Assembly: GCA_964621075.1 (NCBI GenBank)
Contig: CAZUKV010000001.1
Location: forward strand, 24,144-88,143
Direction: 5' to 3'
Length of the DNA: 64,000 nt
DNA from: an uncultured bacterium
GTDB lineage: Bacteria; Macinerneyibacteriota; Macinerneyibacteria; Macinerneyibacteriales; Macinerneyibacteriaceae
Shown here piece by piece: positions 19,768-29,619 of this stretch (positions are counted from its first letter, which is position 1; every line of letters starts with the position of its first letter). The translations under genes and the position numbers were made by a program. The notes under the pieces are model-generated. The model made no database searches. It worked only from the letters and a program-made list of their open reading frames with translations, and had not been told where the DNA came from.

Positions 19768-20892
19768 TTACAACACTCCTTTTACTTTCTCAATTATTTC
19801 ATCAGGAGATATTAGTTCACTATTTAACTTATTCAATGAAACAATTTTTTCTTTGTCTACATACTTTTTAGCTTCATCTGCAAGCTGTCCCTTGTTCATT
19901 TCAACTACAACAATATTATCAACTTTATTACCTAATTCTTCTATTCTCTTTCCAGGGAAAGGCCACAATGTAACCGGTCTTAAAAGTCCAGCTTTTACAT
20001 TTTCTTCATTTAGCTTTTTAATTGCCATTTTTGCACTTCTTGCCTGAGTCCCCACAGAAAGAAGTAAGACATCCATATCTTCAGTATTAATTTCTTCATT
20101 TTTTTGGATATCATCAAGATTCTTTTCTATTTTTCTATACATTCTATCAATATTTTTTTGAATATTCTCTCCGCTTACATCAGGAAATCCAGTTTCGTCA
20201 TGAAACAATCCTGTAATATGAAATCTATATCCCTCACCATAATTTGCTGTTATAGGGATATCATTTTCAATATAAAAAGGCTCATAATTATTTTGATCTC
20301 TTTTGATTTTTCTTCTTTCAACAATATTTATTTTTTTATCATCTACAAAAACAGATTCTTTCATGTGCCCGAGTATTTCATCCATCAAAAAAACCACAGG
20401 TTGTCTGTATTTTTCAGCCAAGTTAAAAGCACGTATTACTTCATAATAAATTTCATTTACAGATTCTGGATAGATGGAAATAATAGGATGGTCTCCATGG
20501 GTTCCCCATCTTGCCTGCATCAAATCTCCCTGTGATGGTCCTGTAGGATGACCTGTAGAAGGCCCACCCCTCATAACACTAACTACAACAATAGGGACTT
20601 CTCCCATTATTGCCATACCTAAAGCTTCCTGCATTAATGAAAATCCTGGACCTGAAGTAGCGGTCATTGATTTGGCTCCTGCAAGGGATGCCCCTATAAT
20701 TGAAGCAATAGAAGCTATTTCATCTTCCATTTGAACAAAACGACCTCCAACTTTTGGAAGCTCTACCGAGCATACTTCTGCAACTTCAGATGAAGGTGTA
20801 ATAGGATATCCACCAAAAAATTTCAAGCCAGCTTTAACTGCCCCCAAAGCACATGCTTCATTTCCCTGTAAAAACTTTACTTTTTCAGCCAT
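19768..20892 (-). CDS. korA: 2-oxoglutarate(-type):ferredoxin oxidoreductase alpha subunit (cluster 2)
   Basis: Paralogue of the 8659-9792 alpha subunit (GYPITPSSE, TATSGPG). Confidence 0.8.
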   Translation of the reverse strand: MAEKVKFLQGNEACALGAVKAGLKFFGGYPITPSSEVAEVCSVELPKVGGRFVQMEDEIASIASIIGASLAGAKSMTATSGPGFSLMQEALGMAIMGEVPIVVVSVMRGGPSTGHPTGPSQGDLMQARWGTHGDHPIISIYPESVNEIYYEVIRAFNLAEKYRQPVVFLMDEILGHMKESVFVDDKKINIVERRKIKRDQNNYEPFYIENDIPITANYGEGYRFHITGLFHDETGFPDVSGENIQKNIDRMYRKIEKNLDDIQKNEEINTEDMDVLLLSVGTQARSAKMAIKKLNEENVKAGLLRPVTLWPFPGKRIEELGNKVDNIVVVEMNKGQLADEAKKYVDKEKIVSLNKLNSELISPDEIIEKVKGVL

Positions 20893-20906
20893 TTCAAACC
20901 TCTTTT

Positions 20907-21116
20907 CTATTTTTTTTCTTCAATTTCAATTGCAAAATCCGGACAGATATTTTCACATATCAAACATCCGATACATTTATCTTCAGAGTTAATTTCAACT
21001 TTAAAATTTTCTTCATTTGCCCTAATCGCACCTGTTGGACAATTATTATAACATAGTTTGCAGGACTTACAGTAGTCCGGTTTTATAATAATTTTAAATT
21101 TTTTCTTTCCAGCCAC
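20907..21116 (-). CDS. korD: 2-oxoacid:ferredoxin oxidoreductase delta subunit (ferredoxin), cluster 2
   Basis: Two CxxCxxCxxxCP motifs in 69 aa. Confidence 0.75.
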   Translation of the reverse strand: MAGKKKFKIIIKPDYCKSCKLCYNNCPTGAIRANEENFKVEINSEDKCIGCLICENICPDFAIEIEEKK

Positions 21117-21178
21117 AATTTCCTCCTTATCTCTTTTTACTCAAGTATAGAAATATTTAATTTCATGTAAAGATATTT

Positions 21179-22045
21179 CTATAATTTTTCTTTTAAAATA
21201 TCAGCAATTTGTGTTGGCAATTCTGCTACTTCCACTTTATTATTTTTTAACACTTTAATTTTTTCTGATGCACTTCCTCCGCTTCCTGAAATGATAGCTC
21301 CGGCATGTCCCATTCGCTTACCTTTTGGGGCTGTTTTCCCAGAAATAAATGCAATTACAGGTTTTTGCATATTGTTTTTAATATACTCTGCAGCAATCTG
21401 TTCATCATTTCCTCCAATTTCACCTATCAAAACTACAGCATCAGTTTCATTATCTTTTTCAAATTCTTTTAAACAATCTATAAATTTTGTTCCTATATAA
21501 GGATCTCCTCCTATACCAATTGCAGTAGATTGCCCAAATCCATTAGAAGTTAAATTATAAACAACTTCATAGGTGAGTGTTCCGCTTCTTGAAATAACAC
21601 CAATATTACCTTTCTTGAATATTTTAGCTGGCATGATTCCAAGCTTTGTTTCTCCTGGAGTAATAATGCCAGGACAGTTTGGACCAATCAATCTAACATT
21701 ATTATTTTTTGCATAATTAACTGCCTGTAGCATATCCTTAAATGGTATTCCTTCTGTAATTGTCACAATTGTTTTTATACCAGCATCAACAGCTTCACAT
21801 ATAGCATCTGCTGCAAATTTTGGAGGAATATATAAAATGGAAGCATCTGCACCTGTTTCTTTTACTGCTTTTTTTACAGTACTAAAAACTGGAACATCTT
21901 CTACTTTTTCTCCTTCTTTAAAAGGCGTAACCCCTCCAACAATATTTGTTCCATATTCTATCATTTTTTTTGTATGAAAACTGCCATCCCTACCGGTTAT
22001 ACCCTGCACTATTACTTTTGTATTTTTATCAACAAAGATAGACAT
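21179..22045 (-). CDS. sucD: Succinyl-CoA synthetase alpha subunit
   Basis: VIVQGITG...GxxGxxHT, CoA-binding and His-loop (GHAGAIISG) motifs. Confidence 0.9.
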   Translation of the reverse strand: MSIFVDKNTKVIVQGITGRDGSFHTKKMIEYGTNIVGGVTPFKEGEKVEDVPVFSTVKKAVKETGADASILYIPPKFAADAICEAVDAGIKTIVTITEGIPFKDMLQAVNYAKNNNVRLIGPNCPGIITPGETKLGIMPAKIFKKGNIGVISRSGTLTYEVVYNLTSNGFGQSTAIGIGGDPYIGTKFIDCLKEFEKDNETDAVVLIGEIGGNDEQIAAEYIKNNMQKPVIAFISGKTAPKGKRMGHAGAIISGSGGSASEKIKVLKNNKVEVAELPTQIADILKEKL

Positions 22046-22059
22046 ATATCCTCCTTATT

Positions 22060-23220
22060 TTATTTAATTTTTTCATATACTGATTTTAATTTTTCAACAG
22101 ATTTTTTTAAATCTGTAAAAACTTCATATCCCAGTTTCTTTAATATCTTTTTTCCTTCATCTTCATTGGTTCCTGTTAATCTTATAATTATTGGAACATC
22201 TATCTCTAATTCTTTTAATGCAGTTTTAAATCCATTTGCCACATCATCACATCTTGTAATTCCTCCGAAAACATTTATAAAAATTGCTTTTAATTTTTTA
22301 TTTCTCTTTATATATTTCAATGCATCTATAACTTTTTTAGGGCTGGAGGACCCTCCTATATCTAGAAAATTAGCAGGATTCATTCCATAATGCTTAACAA
22401 TATCCATTGTGGCCATTGCCAGTCCAGCACCATTAACCATACATCCCACATCTCCATCAAGCTGTACAAAACTTAACCCTTTTTCTTTGGCTTCTACTTC
22501 ATATTTCTCATCTTCTGTGATCACTCTATTTTTTTTTATTTCTTCATGTCTAAAAAGAGAATTATCATCAATTTTTATTTTTGCATCCAAAGCTAAAAAA
22601 TCATTTTTTGAGGTAAAAACAAGTGGATTAATTTCAATAAGAGACGTGTCATATTTTTTATATATTGAATAAATTTTGTTAATAAAATCATAGAAATTTT
22701 TATAAAACTTCTTTGCCATATTTAAATGAAGAAATAATTCTCTTACATGGTACTCTTTCAAACCACAGAGGGGATCAACCCATACTTTTTTTATCGCTTC
22801 AGGTTTTTTCTCTGCAATCTCTTCAATTTCAGTTCCTCCTTCAGAAGATATTATAAAAATTAATTTCTGTTTTTCTCTATCTGTTAATAAACTAAAATAA
22901 ATTTCTTTAGAATAATCAACCTGTTCTTCAAAAAGGATGGAATTAATCATCTCTCCTTTATCATCTGTTTGATGAGTTATAAGACGTTTACCCAGTAAAC
23001 TTTTTACAGCTTTTCTGGCACGTTCAACAGAATTTGTTAGTTGAACCCCGCCAGCTTTACCTCTACCTCCAGCTAAAACCTGTGCTTTGGCAACTCCCTT
23101 ACCTTCAAACTTTTCTGCCTGTTTTTTTAATCCTTCTAAATTATAGAAAAGTTTTCCTTTAGGGGTGTTAACACCTTCTTTTTGAAAAATATTTTTTGCT
23201 TGATATTCCATTAATTTCAT
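22060..23220 (-). CDS. sucC: Succinyl-CoA synthetase beta subunit (ATP-grasp)
   Basis: MKLMEYQAK N-terminus and an ATP-grasp domain. Precedes sucD. Confidence 0.9.
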   Translation of the reverse strand: MKLMEYQAKNIFQKEGVNTPKGKLFYNLEGLKKQAEKFEGKGVAKAQVLAGGRGKAGGVQLTNSVERARKAVKSLLGKRLITHQTDDKGEMINSILFEEQVDYSKEIYFSLLTDREKQKLIFIISSEGGTEIEEIAEKKPEAIKKVWVDPLCGLKEYHVRELFLHLNMAKKFYKNFYDFINKIYSIYKKYDTSLIEINPLVFTSKNDFLALDAKIKIDDNSLFRHEEIKKNRVITEDEKYEVEAKEKGLSFVQLDGDVGCMVNGAGLAMATMDIVKHYGMNPANFLDIGGSSSPKKVIDALKYIKRNKKLKAIFINVFGGITRCDDVANGFKTALKELEIDVPIIIRLTGTNEDEGKKILKKLGYEVFTDLKKSVEKLKSVYEKIK

Positions 23221-23223
23221 TAC

Positions 23224-23757
23224 TTACCCTCCCATTTTATAAATATCGTTACCACAAGAATCAACAGCGACTATACTAGGAAAATCTTTTACTTCAATTT
23301 TATAAACAGCTTCTGGACCCAAATCTCGAAAATCAAATTTTTCAATATTAATAATTTTTGATGAAAGATATGCAGCTATCCCGCCAACTGTTATTAAATA
23401 AGTAGATTTATTTTTTTTAAAAGACCTGATAACTTTTTCGCTTCTTTTCCCCTTGCCAATTACACATCTCAACCCTTTAGATAGTAAATACGGGGTATAG
23501 TTATCCATTCTATAACTTGTAGTCGGACCAATAGCAACAGCTCCCGTTTTAGGATTTTTAGGTGAAGGTCCTGCATAAAAAATACAATTTTTTTGAATAT
23601 TAAAAGGAAGCTCTTCTCCCTTTTTTAATTTTTTGACTATTCTTTTATGTGCCTGATCTCTTGCTGTATAAAGCGTACCGCTAATTAAAACCTCTTCTTT
23701 AACCGATAATTTTTCTAATTTATCAATATCTTTTGGTAAAATAATTTTTTTACTCAT
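23224..23757 (-). CDS. Class I fumarate hydratase (Fe-S hydro-lyase) beta subunit; start chosen at the internal Met (MSKKIIL...) that gives an ATGA overlap with the alpha subunit
   Basis: TtdB/FumB C-terminal-domain homology (GTLYTARD, AGPSP, GKGKRS). The annotated longer ORF (to 23829) would overlap the alpha gene by 76 nt. Confidence 0.75.
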   Translation of the reverse strand: MSKKIILPKDIDKLEKLSVKEEVLISGTLYTARDQAHKRIVKKLKKGEELPFNIQKNCIFYAGPSPKNPKTGAVAIGPTTSYRMDNYTPYLLSKGLRCVIGKGKRSEKVIRSFKKNKSTYLITVGGIAAYLSSKIINIEKFDFRDLGPEAVYKIEVKDFPSIVAVDSCGNDIYKMGG

Positions 23758-24593
23758 ATTTTTATCCGACCATGTCTTGCTGAATGACAGTTTATATTCA
23801 ATGCTACTGGCATACTTGCAATGTGACATGGATAAGTTTCAACAAATACATCAAGAACTGTAGTTTTCCCCCCCAGCCCCTGTATCCCAACATAACTTTT
23901 ATTTACTTCATTTTTTATTTTTTTCTCGAATTTTGCAATATTTCTATCCGGGTGTCTTGAACCAACATCTCTTATCAAAGCTTTTTTTGATAAAACAGCA
24001 GAATAATCAAAAGACCCTCCAATTCCAATCCCCAGTATTAGTGGTGGACAGGGATTAGGTCCTGCTTTTTCAACAGAATTAACAATAAATTTAATTATAT
24101 CATTTTTTGAAGCAGAAGGATTAAACATTTTGATCCTACTCATATTTTCACTGCCTCCGCCTTTAGGTAAAAAAACTATTTCAAGTTCATCCCCATCAAC
24201 ATAGTCATAATGAATTATAGCAGGAGTATTTGTTCCCGTATTTTCCCTTTTAAAAGGATCTTTTACAACTGATTTCCTTAAATAATATTTTTCATATACA
24301 TTTTCAACAGCATTATTTAAAGCTTGTTTTAAGCTTCCACCCTGAACAAAAACACCATTTCCAATTTTAACAAAAAAAACACCTATCCCGCTGTCCTGAC
24401 ATAATGGAATTTCCTTTTCTTCAGCTATTTTGCAATTTTTTATTATTAGATTTAATATATTTTTCTGGATACCATCTTCATTTTGCGAACATTTTTTTAT
24501 TTCTTTTTTCAGTTTCTCCGGCAATATAAAATTAGCTTTATATACAATTTTTTCTACTTCATCCTGGATTTTGGAGATACTAATTTTTCTCAT
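23754..24593 (-). CDS. Class I fumarate hydratase (Fe-S hydro-lyase) alpha subunit
   Basis: TtdA/FumA N-terminal-domain homology with Cys ligands (CQDSG, CPP). Confidence 0.8.
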   Translation of the reverse strand: MRKISISKIQDEVEKIVYKANFILPEKLKKEIKKCSQNEDGIQKNILNLIIKNCKIAEEKEIPLCQDSGIGVFFVKIGNGVFVQGGSLKQALNNAVENVYEKYYLRKSVVKDPFKRENTGTNTPAIIHYDYVDGDELEIVFLPKGGGSENMSRIKMFNPSASKNDIIKFIVNSVEKAGPNPCPPLILGIGIGGSFDYSAVLSKKALIRDVGSRHPDRNIAKFEKKIKNEVNKSYVGIQGLGGKTTVLDVFVETYPCHIASMPVALNINCHSARHGRIKI

Positions 24594-24595
24594 AG

Positions 24596-25993
24596 TTAAT
24601 CTTCTCTAAAACTAAGTTTATCAAATCTTCCATATTCTTTATGAAAATGCAATTTTACCTTTCCTGTTGGTCCATTTCTATTCTTGGCAATAATAATATC
24701 AGTTTCATTTCCATCTTCATCTTCATTATAATATCCCTTTCTATAAAGGAATAAAACTATATCAGCATCCTGTTCAATTGCACCCGATTCCCTTAAATCC
24801 GATAATCTTGGTATTTTTTTATCTCTCTGTTCGGTTTTTCTTGAAAGCTGCGAAAGAGCAATAACTGGAACCTTGAATTCCTTGGCTATCTCTTTTAAAT
24901 ATCTTGATATTACCGTAATTTTAGCATTCATTGTATTATAATTTTCACTGGTATTCATTAACTGAAGATAGTCCACGATAACAAGATCTACCGATTTTTT
25001 TGAAATCAATCTTCGTAGTTTAGCTTTCATCTGTATAGGAGTTAATCCTGCAGTATCATCAACAAATATAGGTAATTTATCAAACTGCTTTTCAGTTTCA
25101 TATAATTTATCAAACTCAGATGCTGCTAAAAAACCCTGAAGCGCATCATGCCCTCTTATACTGGAATGCATGAAAAGAAGCCTTTGAGCTATTTCTTCAT
25201 CTGCCATTTCCAGGCTGAAAAAAACAACCCCTTTATTATGATTTAAGGCAACATTTTTTGCAATATTAATAGCAAAAGCAGTCTTTCCCATTGCCGGTCT
25301 TGCTGCTAATATTATCAGCTGCCCCGGTTTGAACCCTCCTGTTTGAGTATCCAGTAAATCATAATCAGTTTTTACATAAGTATCTAAATCGCCGCCTTTT
25401 TCTTTTATTAATTGAATATATTTAACCTGTTCTTGAATAAGTTCATTAATTTGTGCAAAACTTTTTTTTACCTTTTTTTCCTGTGCTATTTCAAATATTT
25501 TCCTTTCTGCATTTTCAAGAACGAAATCAATATCATTAGGATTTGAAACAGTTTTATCATACACTTCATTTAAAGCTTGGAGCAACCTTCTTAAAAGAAA
25601 TTTATTTCTTATTATCTTAATATATTCATCATAATTTATAAAAGTAGTTGCATTTTCCTGTATTTCCTGAATATATTTCATTCCGCCAGCTACTTCCAAT
25701 AAATCTTTGTCTTTTAAAGTATATCCCTCAGGTGTTTCTTTTAACCCTTTTAAAAAATCTTTTACTACTATAGCATCTATTCCATCACTTTGATTATTGA
25801 TTAGTTTTTTTATAGCATAAAAAATAATCTGATGTTCTCGTTTTTTAAAAATTTTTATATTATTGGATAACTCTGCAAGCACCCGATTAATTTCTTCATT
25901 ATTAAGGAAAAGTGCTCCCAGAAGAGCACTTTCCGCTTCTAAATCATAAAGCTCAATATTAGATAAATTGGTTTTATTTTTATAACCACTCAT
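24596..25993 (-). CDS. dnaB: Replicative DNA helicase DnaB
   Basis: N-terminal DnaB domain (ESALLGALF) and RecA-like domain with Walker A ARPAMGKT. Confidence 0.9.
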   Translation of the reverse strand: MSGYKNKTNLSNIELYDLEAESALLGALFLNNEEINRVLAELSNNIKIFKKREHQIIFYAIKKLINNQSDGIDAIVVKDFLKGLKETPEGYTLKDKDLLEVAGGMKYIQEIQENATTFINYDEYIKIIRNKFLLRRLLQALNEVYDKTVSNPNDIDFVLENAERKIFEIAQEKKVKKSFAQINELIQEQVKYIQLIKEKGGDLDTYVKTDYDLLDTQTGGFKPGQLIILAARPAMGKTAFAINIAKNVALNHNKGVVFFSLEMADEEIAQRLLFMHSSIRGHDALQGFLAASEFDKLYETEKQFDKLPIFVDDTAGLTPIQMKAKLRRLISKKSVDLVIVDYLQLMNTSENYNTMNAKITVISRYLKEIAKEFKVPVIALSQLSRKTEQRDKKIPRLSDLRESGAIEQDADIVLFLYRKGYYNEDEDGNETDIIIAKNRNGPTGKVKLHFHKEYGRFDKLSFRED

Positions 25994-26697
25994 TACTCTT
26001 TTTCTTTATCTTGCTCTTTTTCTTCATCCTTTTTCTTAGATTTCTCCGTTTTTTCTTCTGTTTCTACTTCTTTTTTAGATTCATCATCTTTTTTTTCTTC
26101 TTCATTTTTTTCTACCTTTTCTTCTTCTCTTTTTTCTTTTTCTTCTTTTTCTTCTTTTTCTTCTTTTTCTTTTTTATCTTTTTTTTCTTCTGTTTTATCT
26201 TGTTCTTGAGACTTTTCATTTTCTTTTTCTTCTACTTCATCTTCTTCTGACTCAACAACTAAAGAAAAATTAGCTTCAAATCCCTGTGCAAATTTTATTT
26301 TAACATCATACTCGCCAACGGTACTTATGTGTTTTTCAAGAACAATATATTTCCTGTCAATTTCTACATCTTCCTGTTTTTTTAATGCATCTTCGATATC
26401 CTGTGTAGTAACAGTACCAAAAAGTCTTCCCTGTTCACCTGTTTTTTGTTCAACAACGATCTTTTTTCCTTTAACAGCATCTAATTTCTCCTGGTAAACA
26501 GATTCTTCTCTTTGGATTTTATTTTTCTGTAATTCTAATAAATTTTCCACCATCTTTTTTGTTTTTTTGTTATATGGAAGGGCTAATCCATTTGGAATTA
26601 AATAATTTCTTGCATATCCATCTTTTACTTCTACAATTTCACCCTTCTCTCCAAGATTTGACATATTTTCTTTAAGTACTATTTTCATGATTACCAC
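25993..26697 (-). CDS. rplI: 50S ribosomal protein L9 with a C-terminal K/E-rich low-complexity tail of about 85 aa
   Basis: The N-terminal 150 aa is canonical L9 (MKIVLKENMSNLGEKGEIVEVKDGYARNYLIP). It is followed by EEKKDKKEKEEKEEKEEKEKREEEK... Confidence 0.8.
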   Translation of the reverse strand: MVIMKIVLKENMSNLGEKGEIVEVKDGYARNYLIPNGLALPYNKKTKKMVENLLELQKNKIQREESVYQEKLDAVKGKKIVVEQKTGEQGRLFGTVTTQDIEDALKKQEDVEIDRKYIVLEKHISTVGEYDVKIKFAQGFEANFSLVVESEEDEVEEKENEKSQEQDKTEEKKDKKEKEEKEEKEEKEKREEEKVEKNEEEKKDDESKKEVETEEKTEKSKKKDEEKEQDKEKE

Positions 26698-26948
26698 CTT
26701 CTATTTCTTTTACTTCTGTAATAATCAACTTTAAATGGTAGAAGTCCTATCATTCTTGCTCTTTTAATCTCACGAGTCACTTTTCTCTGATGTTTTGCAC
26801 ATGCCCCTGAACGATTTCTTGATTTTATTTTTCCTCTTTCAGTCATGAAATATTTTAAAACTTCTGGTTTTTTATATGTTACATCCTTAATGTCTATATC
26901 ACCCTTGCAAATTTTGCAGGGTCTTCTTTTATAATATTTAAAAGCCAT
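26691..26948 (-). CDS. rpsR: 30S ribosomal protein S18
   Basis: Canonical S18 (CKICKGDIDIKDVTYKKPEVLKYFMTERGKI). Confidence 0.9.
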   Translation of the reverse strand: MAFKYYKRRPCKICKGDIDIKDVTYKKPEVLKYFMTERGKIKSRNRSGACAKHQRKVTREIKRARMIGLLPFKVDYYRSKRNRRW

Positions 26949-26962
26949 TTATTCCTCCTTCT

Positions 26963-27412
26963 CTAAAATGGAATGTCATCATCCTCATCATATAGTTCTT
27001 CATTTACATCATCAATTTCCTGTTTAATTTGTTTTTTTCTTTCATTTTTGTTAACAAAAGGATTTTCATCATTATCCCTGGAGTAATTTCCGGAAGAACC
27101 ACTGCCTGTAGAAAGGAACTGTACATTAAAAGCAACTATTTCTGTTTTATATCTATTCTCGCCCTTATACTCATATTTACTTTTTTTCAATTTTCCTTCA
27201 ACTAAAACGGGTCTTCCCTTAGATAAGTACTTGCCACAATTTTCTGCTACTTTACCCCAAACAACTACATCAAGATAATTCACATTTTCAGTATAATAAT
27301 CATTTACTGCAACAGTAAAGTTCGCAACAGATTTCCCCGAATTGGTTTGTCTTAATTCAGGATCTCTTACCAGATTACCACCAATTATTACTTTATTAAA
27401 AGATACTGCCAT
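26963..27412 (-). CDS. ssb: Single-stranded DNA-binding protein
   Basis: OB-fold SSB sequence with an acidic C-terminal DDDIPF tail. Confidence 0.9.
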   Translation of the reverse strand: MAVSFNKVIIGGNLVRDPELRQTNSGKSVANFTVAVNDYYTENVNYLDVVVWGKVAENCGKYLSKGRPVLVEGKLKKSKYEYKGENRYKTEIVAFNVQFLSTGSGSSGNYSRDNDENPFVNKNERKKQIKQEIDDVNEELYDEDDDIPF

Positions 27413-27416
27413 AATA

Positions 27417-27707
27417 TTATCCTTTTCTTACTATAATAGTTCTTATGATATCTTCTGATAGATTATAATATTCATTTAAATCATCAAGAATCTTACTATT
27501 TCCGTCAAATTCTATTAAATAGTAGTAAGCTTCTGATTCATTTTTAATATCATAAGCTAATTGTTTTTTTCCCCAATTGTCCTCTTCATTTATTGATCCA
27601 TCATTATTTAAAATTATATCTTTGACTTCGCTGATAATTTTTTCTCTTTCTTCAGAATCAATACTGGGACGCTTAAGAAATACAGTTTCATATTTTTTCA
27701 TAGACAC
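27417..27707 (-). CDS. rpsF: 30S ribosomal protein S6
   Basis: MKKYETVFLKRPSIDSEE... S6 fold. Conserved rpsF-ssb-rpsR-rplI order. Confidence 0.85.
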   Translation of the reverse strand: MSMKKYETVFLKRPSIDSEEREKIISEVKDIILNNDGSINEEDNWGKKQLAYDIKNESEAYYYLIEFDGNSKILDDLNEYYNLSEDIIRTIIVRKG

Positions 27708-27751
27708 CTCCTCTGGCTTAAACAGTTTTCACACCTCAGTGAAAACAGGGG

Positions 27752-28063
27752 TTATTTTTTAGTTTTAAAGACCTTATTATTTATTTCTTTTATTTTTTTA
27801 TTAAACCGATCAGGGTTCTCTTCTAATAATTCTACTCCAATTTCTTCAAATTTTTTTCTGGTAATAATTTTATCTTCAAATATTTTTTTTATTTTTTTAT
27901 CTTTTTTTTGTTTAGAAATATCTTCATCATTATTAATTTTCAATATTTCTTCATAAATCTTAAAATATTTTTCCTTGCTATCTGGTTGTTTTGCATCAGT
28001 TTTACAACCCATCAAAATAAAAAATAATAAAAAAATAACAAAATAATAAAAAATCTTTCTCAT
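27752..28063 (-). CDS. Small lipoprotein, function unknown
   Basis: Signal peptide with lipobox LMGC. K/E-rich mature part. Confidence 0.4.
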   Translation of the reverse strand: MRKIFYYFVIFLLFFILMGCKTDAKQPDSKEKYFKIYEEILKINNDEDISKQKKDKKIKKIFEDKIITRKKFEEIGVELLEENPDRFNKKIKEINNKVFKTKK

Positions 28064-28129
28064 TTCTATGAGATAATCATAATATATTATAAAATAGTGT
28101 CAACATAGAAATAAAAAAAAATATACAGC

Positions 28130-28158
28130 TTGACATTTAATTTTTTTTTTGCTAAATT
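28130..28158 (+). promoter_or_regulatory. Putative sigma70-type promoter of rpsT (TTGACA-N17-TAAATT)
   Basis: TTGACA at 28130-28135, 17-nt spacer, TAAATT at 28153-28158. AAGGAGG RBS lies 6 nt upstream of the ATG. Confidence 0.4.
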
Positions 28159-28184
28159 CAACCACATAAAAAGGAGGTGTTGTT

Positions 28185-28448
28185 ATGCCAAATATAAAAC
28201 AACAAAAAAAGAGGCTTAGAAAAGATAAAGAACTTTATAAAAAAAATAAAAGTATAAAAACCAAAGTAAAAAATGCTAAAAAGAAAGTTTTAAATTCAAA
28301 AAACTACGAAGAAGCTTCTAAAAATTTAAAAAGATTTTACGAAGTAATGGATAAAGCAGTAAAAAAAGGGTACTATCATAAAAATAAAGCTGCAAGAAAC
28401 AAATCACAACTTGCTAAACACGTAAACTCTCTAAAAGAAGAGAAATAA
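28185..28448 (+). CDS. rpsT: 30S ribosomal protein S20
   Basis: Canonical S20 (MPNIKQQKKRLRKDKE...). Confidence 0.9.
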   Translation: MPNIKQQKKRLRKDKELYKKNKSIKTKVKNAKKKVLNSKNYEEASKNLKRFYEVMDKAVKKGYYHKNKAARNKSQLAKHVNSLKEEK

Positions 28449-28450
28449 AT

Positions 28451-28490
28451 AGGAAGAAACATAATCTTCCTTTTCTCTTTTTTTTATTCT
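28451..28490 (+). terminator. Rho-independent terminator after rpsT
   Basis: AGGAAGA-aacataa-TCTTCCT hairpin followed by TTTCTCTTTTTTTTATT. Confidence 0.6.
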
Positions 28491-28541
28491 ATAAGAAATT
28501 GAACGGTGGAAAATAAAGAAGAATTTTATATTTTATTTTAA

Positions 28542-29597
28542 TTATTTTCTTTTAGTTATATATTTTAAACCAAGTGTTGCTTCACCGGAGAAATCCATTT
28601 CTCCAGCTTTTTTAACAATATCTGAATACATTTCATTATAAATACTTTTTACAGTTTCTGCTGAATTGTTTGTTCTTGTAGTTTCAAAAATAAAATCCAA
28701 AATTTCATTCATTCCCTCGAGAATTGATTCAGTTTCGAGTCCCTCTACCCACTCGATCTTGTCTGTATTAACTCTATGACTCTGTTTTGAAAAATAAACA
28801 TCTTCCATGTCAGGGAATATAGCTCTCAATTCATCAATTTTATCTTCAATTTCTGAATAGCTAATTTGAATATTTTCATCTGACAATTCCAAATAATCAA
28901 GAAACATATTTATAGCTTCTGTTACCAGCCCTACTGCATTATGAGGTACAGGATATTTTTTCTTTTTTCTTTTAAAAAAGAAATTTAATATTTTTTTTGT
29001 TCCTTTTATTCCTGATTTTTCTATTTTCTCTTTTCTTTTCTGAATCTTTTCTTCTTCACTCATCTTTATATCAATAAGATTAGCTTTTTTATATGAAACA
29101 AGCATCTTGCTTGCTTCAATTCTATCCAATCCACTTTTTTCAATTACTTCATTTACAGTTCTTTTCCCGTTAATCAAGGATAGCAACTTTAAATCTTCAT
29201 TGCTGAGATTGATTTTATCAATATTACTGTCTTCTTCATTTACAAGTTCTAATATGGCATCATAATCTTCTATGGATTTCTTTATTTCAGTTATTTCATC
29301 AACCCGTCTTGCTGCTTCTAATATTAGATTCTGCCAGTCCAGGTTTATTTGTTTAGAAGGCGGTTCATCTCCAACCAAAAATTCAAATTCTCCTTTTTGC
29401 CAGGAAAACATGCTATAAACTGCATTCTCATTCTTAATATCTTCATTCTTTGCATATACAATAGCACCATTATCAAAATATATTTTACCTTTTCTGCCCG
29501 CGTGATTTATCTGCAGACAACCGGATCTTTTTCCCAAACCTAACAACTGGAATAAATCTGCAAGAGAAAAATCTGAGAGATTCCCTTCCAGGGACAT
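28542..29597 (-). CDS. PATAN (DUF4388) domain protein, last gene of the mglA module
   Basis: N-terminal GNLSDFSLADLFQLLGLGKRSGCL matches the PATAN/DUF4388 signature (G-L-x-x-F-x-L-x-D-L-L-Q-L-L). The remainder is unassigned. Confidence 0.6.
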   Translation of the reverse strand: MSLEGNLSDFSLADLFQLLGLGKRSGCLQINHAGRKGKIYFDNGAIVYAKNEDIKNENAVYSMFSWQKGEFEFLVGDEPPSKQINLDWQNLILEAARRVDEITEIKKSIEDYDAILELVNEEDSNIDKINLSNEDLKLLSLINGKRTVNEVIEKSGLDRIEASKMLVSYKKANLIDIKMSEEEKIQKRKEKIEKSGIKGTKKILNFFFKRKKKKYPVPHNAVGLVTEAINMFLDYLELSDENIQISYSEIEDKIDELRAIFPDMEDVYFSKQSHRVNTDKIEWVEGLETESILEGMNEILDFIFETTRTNNSAETVKSIYNEMYSDIVKKAGEMDFSGEATLGLKYITKRK

Positions 29598-29619
29598 AAT
29601 TCCTCCTTAATTTATAATT

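Noticed and set aside
26011-26250. Plus-strand 79-aa poly-Phe ORF
   Set aside because: It is the antisense shadow of the K/E-rich tail of rplI (homopurine tract). There is no RBS and the composition is implausible.
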